This document shows, one piece after another, positions 35,053 through 39,297 of a stretch of DNA of 39,297 nucleotides. Numbering within the stretch: position 1 is the first letter of the stretch; every line of letters starts with the position of its first letter. Source of the stretch: a virus (taxonomy: Duplodnaviria > Caudoviricetes); the IMG/VR virus record IMGVR_UViG_3300007735_000711, positions 1-39,297 of that record, one strand, 5' to 3'. Both the position numbers and the translations under genes were made by a program. Below the pieces are notes generated by a model, which saw only the letters and a list, made by a program, of their open reading frames with translations, was not told the DNA's origin and did not search any database.

Positions 35053-35500
35053 GAACTGGGCACGTTGGGCGAGGGACCGCTACCACAAGCAGCACTGTGC
35101 AAGCCTGGAGCATCGCTATCGCAGCCCGCAAGCATGGGGGGATTGGGAGACAGCATCACCAGACCCTATTGCGCCACCTGTGGACATACTGCACGCCGTT
35201 GAGGTGCAGAAGGTCATTGGCAAGCTCGGTTTCGAATATTCGTGGGCGCTGACCTTCGCTTACTGCTATCCAAAGTATGACCGCTGGAAGGCTGCGGCAT
35301 TCTGCAAGGTGTATCGGCCAGAGCGTCTTTTACGGCTGGTGCGCAAGGCTGAAAACATGGTGGCAAATCGCTTGCAACTTCAAAAGCAGGAGGCGTATAA
35401 GAGAGATGTAATAAGTACGCGTACAGGCGCAAATCCTGATAGCCCTATCCGGGAAAGATCGGCCAGTCGGCCCGGTCTGGTATTCCGGAAAGCGGCATAG
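35030..35500 (+). CDS. Late transcription activator / Q-like antiterminator
   Basis: LENWARW N-terminus; last gene before the late leader and terminator. Confidence 0.6.
   Translation: MDIRQALENWARWARDRYHKQHCASLEHRYRSPQAWGDWETASPDPIAPPVDILHAVEVQKVIGKLGFEYSWALTFAYCYPKYDRWKAAAFCKVYRPERLLRLVRKAENMVANRLQLQKQEAYKRDVISTRTGANPDSPIRERSASRPGLVFRKAA
35372..35401 (+). promoter_or_regulatory. Candidate late promoter (pR'-like)
   Basis: TTGCAA-18-TATAAG in the 3' end of the Q-like gene. Confidence 0.4.
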
Positions 35501-35510
35501 AACCCAAGAA

Positions 35511-35681
35511 TTCAGCCGCCCCCGGAGCATCCACACATCCCTCCCTCTGTGACCGGGATGCTACCGGGCGGCGCTGAACCTAATTAGTGCGCGGAAAGCG
35601 GGCCTATGCCGAAAGGTGGGGCCTCTGCTGCTAATAGCTAGGGACAACCCGTAAGGCAATGCCTGCCTAGCTACGCACTAA
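35511..35681 (+). ncRNA. Structured RNA in the late leader: long hairpin plus three-way junction
   Basis: Hairpin at 35511-35578. Junction at 35584-35681 with perfect 8-bp stems TTAGTGCG/CGCACTAA and TAGCTAGG/CCTAGCTA and a GAAA-capped stem. Confidence 0.6.
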
Positions 35682-35711
35682 CCCAACCGGCCAACAAACC
35701 GGCCAAACACC

Positions 35712-35738
35712 AGCCCCGATATGGGGCTTTTTTATTTC
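35712..35738 (+). terminator. Rho-independent terminator (tR'-like) before the first late gene
   Basis: agcccc-gatat-ggggct stem followed by a T run. Confidence 0.85.
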
Positions 35739-35748
35739 TGGAGCGCAC

Positions 35749-36411
35749 TTGATCCGCGTCTTTGTGGGGTTTGACGAGAGGGAGGCGGTTGCTTATCACG
35801 CGTTCTGTCAGTCAGTGCTTGAGAAAGCCAGCGAGCCGGTCCAGTTCATACCCCTTGCAAAGAACATGCTCAAGGGCTTTGACGGTCAGCGGGACGGCAG
35901 CAACGCGTTTATCTACAGCCGTTTTCTAGTCCCGGCCTTGTGCGACTTCTCAGGCTACGCGATCTTTGCCGATGGGGACATGATCTGCCGGGCTGACATT
36001 GCGGAATTATGGGGCCTTCGTGACCCGTACAAAGCCGTGCAAGTGGTCAAGCACGACTACCGGACAAAACATCCGGTCAAGTATCTGGGCGCCCGCAACG
36101 AGGATTACGAAAGAAAGAACTGGTCAAGCCTGATCCTGTGGAATTGCGCCCACTTCCAGAATCGCCAGCTTTCCCCGGAAACCGTAGCGGCTATGACAAA
36201 TCAAGCCTTGCACCGCTTTCAATGGCTCCCGGATGACCGCATAGGCGAACTGCCGAAAGAGTGGAACTGGCTGGTGAGCGAGTACTCGGAGAATCCCGAC
36301 GCTAAATTGCTGCACTACACCATCGGGACACCTTGCTTCCCGGATTACTCCCGCTGCCCGCAGGCTAGGGACTGGCACGACGCACACAGACGAATGAACG
36401 AACCCAACTAA
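35749..36411 (+). CDS. GT-A glycosyltransferase (GT8/CDI-like)
   Basis: IRVFVGFDERE..AY, SNAFIYSRFLVP, FADGDM (DxD), VVKHDY, RKNWSS, EWNWLV, LLHYTIGTP. Confidence 0.85.
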   Translation: MIRVFVGFDEREAVAYHAFCQSVLEKASEPVQFIPLAKNMLKGFDGQRDGSNAFIYSRFLVPALCDFSGYAIFADGDMICRADIAELWGLRDPYKAVQVVKHDYRTKHPVKYLGARNEDYERKNWSSLILWNCAHFQNRQLSPETVAAMTNQALHRFQWLPDDRIGELPKEWNWLVSEYSENPDAKLLHYTIGTPCFPDYSRCPQARDWHDAHRRMNEPN

Positions 36412-36420
36412 AGGCCCGAT

Positions 36421-36594
36421 ATGGCGAAGATGAACGGCTGTAACGACAGCATCGCAAAACCCTCCGGGGAACGCTCTACCCGCGTGAATCCCGCCCAGCT
36501 TGGCCGCGCAAACATGGCTAAGAATGGGGTCAACCAAGACATGACCAAGGGCAAGATGGCTCGCCCGCCGATGGCTAAAGGCAGCAAGAAGTAA
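36421..36594 (+). CDS. Small basic protein (57 aa; not in the ORF track)
   Basis: MAKMNGCND...MAKGSKK fills the gap before terS. Confidence 0.55.
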   Translation: MAKMNGCNDSIAKPSGERSTRVNPAQLGRANMAKNGVNQDMTKGKMARPPMAKGSKK

Positions 36595-36598
36595 CGCT

Positions 36599-36970
36599 AT
36601 GGCTGGAAACGGCAATAACCAATGGACCAAGCTCGCGGAAGCAAATAGCCCCGAAGCAAAGCGCACAAAGCAACGCTGGCAAGAACGCTATAAGGCTGAA
36701 GCCTACATGGATATGGCTAATCAGCATTTAGAGGGGCGGATAGAACTTTCTGACAGCCAAATCAAAGTCTTGTCGCTCGTGCTTGATAGGGTAGCTCCGA
36801 AGCTCAGCGCAGTGGAACAGACCACAAAGTCAGAGATGGACGATATGAGTCCAGAGGAGATCAGGGAGCACGTCCGCGCCCTCATTCTCGCTCACCCAGA
36901 ACTGATCCGCGAGATCAGCCAGGGTCCGACGCCTGTCGAGACCAGCACCAAACAAGTGCAACAGGGGTGA
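36599..36970 (+). CDS. terS: Probable terminase small subunit
   Basis: IELSDSQIKVLSLVLDRVAPKLSAVE motif seen in podovirus TerS; early position in the late operon. Confidence 0.6.
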   Translation: MAGNGNNQWTKLAEANSPEAKRTKQRWQERYKAEAYMDMANQHLEGRIELSDSQIKVLSLVLDRVAPKLSAVEQTTKSEMDDMSPEEIREHVRALILAHPELIREISQGPTPVETSTKQVQQG

Positions 36971-37060
36971 TACTGCGCTGCACCATGCCTTTACAGGTGC
37001 GAATCGCTCGCATTAACGCTGTAACACGCTGAATACAAAGCATTGGTGCGCTGCGGGGTA

Positions 37061-37088
37061 ACTTAACATAATGAATGTTATGCGCCAA
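37061..37088. other. dif-like XerC/XerD recombination site
   Basis: ACTTAACATAA-TGAATG-TTATGCGCCAA versus E. coli dif ATTTAACATAA-TATACA-TTATGCGCACC. XerD arm 10/11, XerC arm 8/11, 6-bp spacer, intergenic. Confidence 0.85.
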
Positions 37089-37329
37089 TGACTGTATCCC
37101 GTCAATGTGTGGGCCGTGGGGCACACCAGAACATGCCCATCCTGGCCCTCTATACGGGCCTAGTAGCGCATATCAGCCCGTCAGTGTGGGGTGGTAGCCA
37201 GAATCCTCCTGTGGCCTCCTAGCGCCTCCTGTGGGGGCCGATGGGGGCACGCCCCCCCGGCAGGTCGGGTAAGTTTTCATATGCCCCCTCAAACATTTTT
37301 CGAGCCTTTTACCTCTCGTGTACTAACAA

Positions 37330-37527
37330 ATGACCCCCAAAGCTTCAGCCGGAAACAGTCGGAGGGTTAGCCGTTGGCGACGTAGGAACAGGGTGAAATA
37401 TAACGAATATCAGAAACAACTGATGAGGGAGCGACGTGCCCGACTATCTAAGGGACTGGCGGGACATAACCCAGTTAGCGCAGAACGGGAGCCGGTTACG
37501 GAAAAAGCGGTTCCTGGGCAAGATTGA
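37330..37527 (+). CDS. Small basic hypothetical protein
   Basis: RWRRRNRVKYNEYQKQLMRERR, a recurrent phage helix motif. Confidence 0.5.
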   Translation: MTPKASAGNSRRVSRWRRRNRVKYNEYQKQLMRERRARLSKGLAGHNPVSAEREPVTEKAVPGQD

Positions 37528-38452
37528 CCGTTTCGAGTTTGAGCTAAAGCGGGTAGGTGGGAAGCTGGGGAATCAGGCGGATTTTGTCCGGGTGTTGTGC
37601 GAGGACAAGCCTAGAGACTTTCCCGAGATGATGTCCAAGTTCTGCATGGTCAGGCTTTTAAGGAATGACTATTCGGACTGGACGGGGTGGGAGTACCGGA
37701 ACGATTGGGCGATTTCGACGTATGCCCAAGGGTTGAAGAGGTGGCGGCTTGAGGAAGTTAAAAGCCTTGCGGTCCTTGGCGAGCAGGGTATCGGGGATGA
37801 ACTCATGTTCATCTCCGTTTTGCCGGAAGTCTTGCGAAGAGTGCCGAGAGTTGTTGTTGAGTGTGATCCAAGACTTATTCCGGTGTTCTCCCGTTCGTTC
37901 GGGGTGGAGTGCCGTCCTAGACAAGACCTTACGGCAGTACGGGAAGAGGAAGCGTTTATCCCGCTGGGCGACCTCCCGCGCCTTTTCCGTAAGAAAGTCG
38001 GTGATTTTCCGCGCACCCCTTACATAAGCCCTCTTCCGGAGATGGTCCAGAAATGGAACCATCTAAAAGGCAGGACGGGAATCGCGTGGAGATCGAGAAC
38101 GGCTAGTTACAAGCCCGAGGATTTCCGAATAGTGAATCCGGTGTGTCTTCAGTACGACGCATGGCCGTCTGAGACTAAGGGCATGACGGTTCCGGAGTGT
38201 GACCTTAAAGACGACATAGAAGACCTTCTGGGCATCTGTGCAAACCTTGAGCGGGTGGTTTCCGTGCCCCAAACCATCGCCCACATTGCGGGAAGTATTG
38301 GGGCGCATGTGGATGTGGTCATGGCTCCGGTAGGTTCTGGAAGGGTGGAAAACGTCATTCCGTACCGTTATGGCGATCCGATGGTCTGGTACAGCAATGT
38401 TTTGGTGCATCCCAATTTAGGGATATATCGAAGTAAAATACGGGGCACGTAG
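37436..38452 (+). CDS. GT-B glycosyltransferase (GT9-like, as in TPR-GT9 proteins)
   Basis: GWEYR, EQGIGDELMF, ECDPRLIPVFSRSF, IPLGDLP, GIAWRS, LQY, DIEDL...VVSV..TIAHIAGSIG. Confidence 0.8.
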   Translation: MPDYLRDWRDITQLAQNGSRLRKKRFLGKIDRFEFELKRVGGKLGNQADFVRVLCEDKPRDFPEMMSKFCMVRLLRNDYSDWTGWEYRNDWAISTYAQGLKRWRLEEVKSLAVLGEQGIGDELMFISVLPEVLRRVPRVVVECDPRLIPVFSRSFGVECRPRQDLTAVREEEAFIPLGDLPRLFRKKVGDFPRTPYISPLPEMVQKWNHLKGRTGIAWRSRTASYKPEDFRIVNPVCLQYDAWPSETKGMTVPECDLKDDIEDLLGICANLERVVSVPQTIAHIAGSIGAHVDVVMAPVGSGRVENVIPYRYGDPMVWYSNVLVHPNLGIYRSKIRGT

Positions 38453-38498
38453 TGCGTCAACACTACGCCCCCTAACCACGTACCTGTAAGGAGGCACG

Positions 38499-38993
38499 AT
38501 GGCTGTCAAAGATTATACCGTTACACCTAGCGTTATTGAGCGCTTCAATAAAAAGTACGCAGTGAATCCTGATACGGCTTGCTGGCTTTGGACTGGCGGG
38601 CTACTGCGTGGCGGCTATGGCAGTTTTCAATTTGCGCCTAGACCCAATAGGCTAGGTTGTTCGGCCCACCGCGCCAGTTGGCTTATTCATCGCGGGCACA
38701 TTCCGCTTGGCATGAAAGTTTGCCATCAATGTGACACGCCATCATGTGTCAACCCAGCGCATTTGTTTTTGGGCACGCAGGCCGACAACATGCGCGACTG
38801 CGCCAACAAGGGCAGAACATCAAAAACGCCAAAAAACACTGTGCTTACCGCAGATGACGTGCGGCAGATCAGGCGTGCTTATACCGGCCAATATGGCGAA
38901 CTTCGGCGTTTAGCAAAGCAATACAAAGTAAACGCGATGTCTATTTTTAGAATAGTACACGGCCAATCTTGGTGCGCTATTGCGGCTAAATAA
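38499..38993 (+). CDS. HNH homing endonuclease (HNH_3-type) with C-terminal HTH
   Basis: CWLWTG, AHRASW, VCHQCDTPSCVNPAHLFLGTQADNMRD; AAGGAGG RBS. Confidence 0.9.
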   Translation: MAVKDYTVTPSVIERFNKKYAVNPDTACWLWTGGLLRGGYGSFQFAPRPNRLGCSAHRASWLIHRGHIPLGMKVCHQCDTPSCVNPAHLFLGTQADNMRDCANKGRTSKTPKNTVLTADDVRQIRRAYTGQYGELRRLAKQYKVNAMSIFRIVHGQSWCAIAAK

Positions 38994-39007
38994 ATCTGGG
39001 GGCGTTT

Positions 39008-39297
39008 ATTAAGGTAGTTATCGTAGGTCACGGTCCCAGCCTTAAAGGGGCGGGACTGGGCAAGAAGATAGACGCTTGCGACAAGGTTATTCGGCTTAAG
39101 AACTGCGCCATGTTGATGGCCGAGCCGCACGACTTTGGGACAAAGACAGACGCCCACTGTACTTCCACGGAAACCCTGACGAATCTTCGCAAGATCAAGT
39201 CTGCGGAGTGCTGGGGGTACGCCAAAAAGGGCGGGTTTGCACAAGCCAGGGTGAGGCAAGCCGAAAGACGGCTGGGGAAGAAGATTCACATCCCTCT
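39008..39297 (+). CDS. GT29 sialyltransferase-like protein, 5' part (continues into 128-452; ~204 aa in total)
   Basis: (M)KVVIVGHGPSLKGAGLGKKIDACDKVIRLKN...DFGTKTD resembles sialylmotif L. Probable ATT start. Confidence 0.8.
   Translation, partial: MKVVIVGHGPSLKGAGLGKKIDACDKVIRLKNCAMLMAEPHDFGTKTDAHCTSTETLTNLRKIKSAECWGYAKKGGFAQARVRQAERRLGKKIHIP
39171..39297. repeat. Terminal direct repeat copy (same as 1-127)
   Basis: Exact match to the start of the window. Confidence 0.95.

Noticed and set aside
35584-35681. tRNA, hammerhead ribozyme or canonical c-di-GMP-I riboswitch
   Set aside because: No T-loop GTTCRA or cloverleaf, no CTGANGA core, and no GGCAAA..GACGCAAA signature; kept only as an unclassified structure.
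37028-37045. ArgR box as a cer-like accessory site beside dif
   Set aside because: TGAAT..AAGCA has the wrong spacing and lies on the XerD side.
35749-38452. GtrABC-type O-antigen conversion cassette
   Set aside because: No flippase, bactoprenol glucosyltransferase or multi-TM transferase, and the genes are not near attP.

Overview
This looks like a complete, circularly assembled ~39.17-kb genome of a temperate, short-tailed (podovirus-like) phage. Bases 1-127 are identical to 39171-39297. A CTGT-N8-ACAG LexA box and an E. coli-type dif-like site suggest a beta- or gammaproteobacterial host. The layout is lambdoid. The late operon runs from a Q-like gene and a structured leader through terS, terL, portal, scaffold, an N4-gp56-type capsid, tail and ejection proteins, a tail fibre and lysis genes. 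It is followed by integrase/xis, leftward early genes (ERF, SSB-like, NinB, Ref-like), an immunity region and a replication/nin region. The main unusual feature is a five-enzyme glycosylation set interleaved with the terminase genes: a GT8/CDI-like GT-A, a GT9-like GT-B, a GT29 sialyltransferase-like protein, a second GT-A and a ColD-type GDP-sugar 3-dehydratase. The GT29-like gene spans the assembly junction, so the ORF track misses its N-terminus. All five appear to use non-ATG starts, and the likeliest role is virion glycosylation. Other notable signals are a near-consensus XerCD dif site after terS, a multi-stem RNA in the late leader, and a non-cleavable CI alongside a LexA-boxed HNH gene. 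There is also a second, convergent XRE repressor behind a G10 tract, leaderless cI and cro, and a pre-toxin plus ADP-ribosyltransferase-like effector. All family assignments are by-eye motif recognition; no database searches were run.
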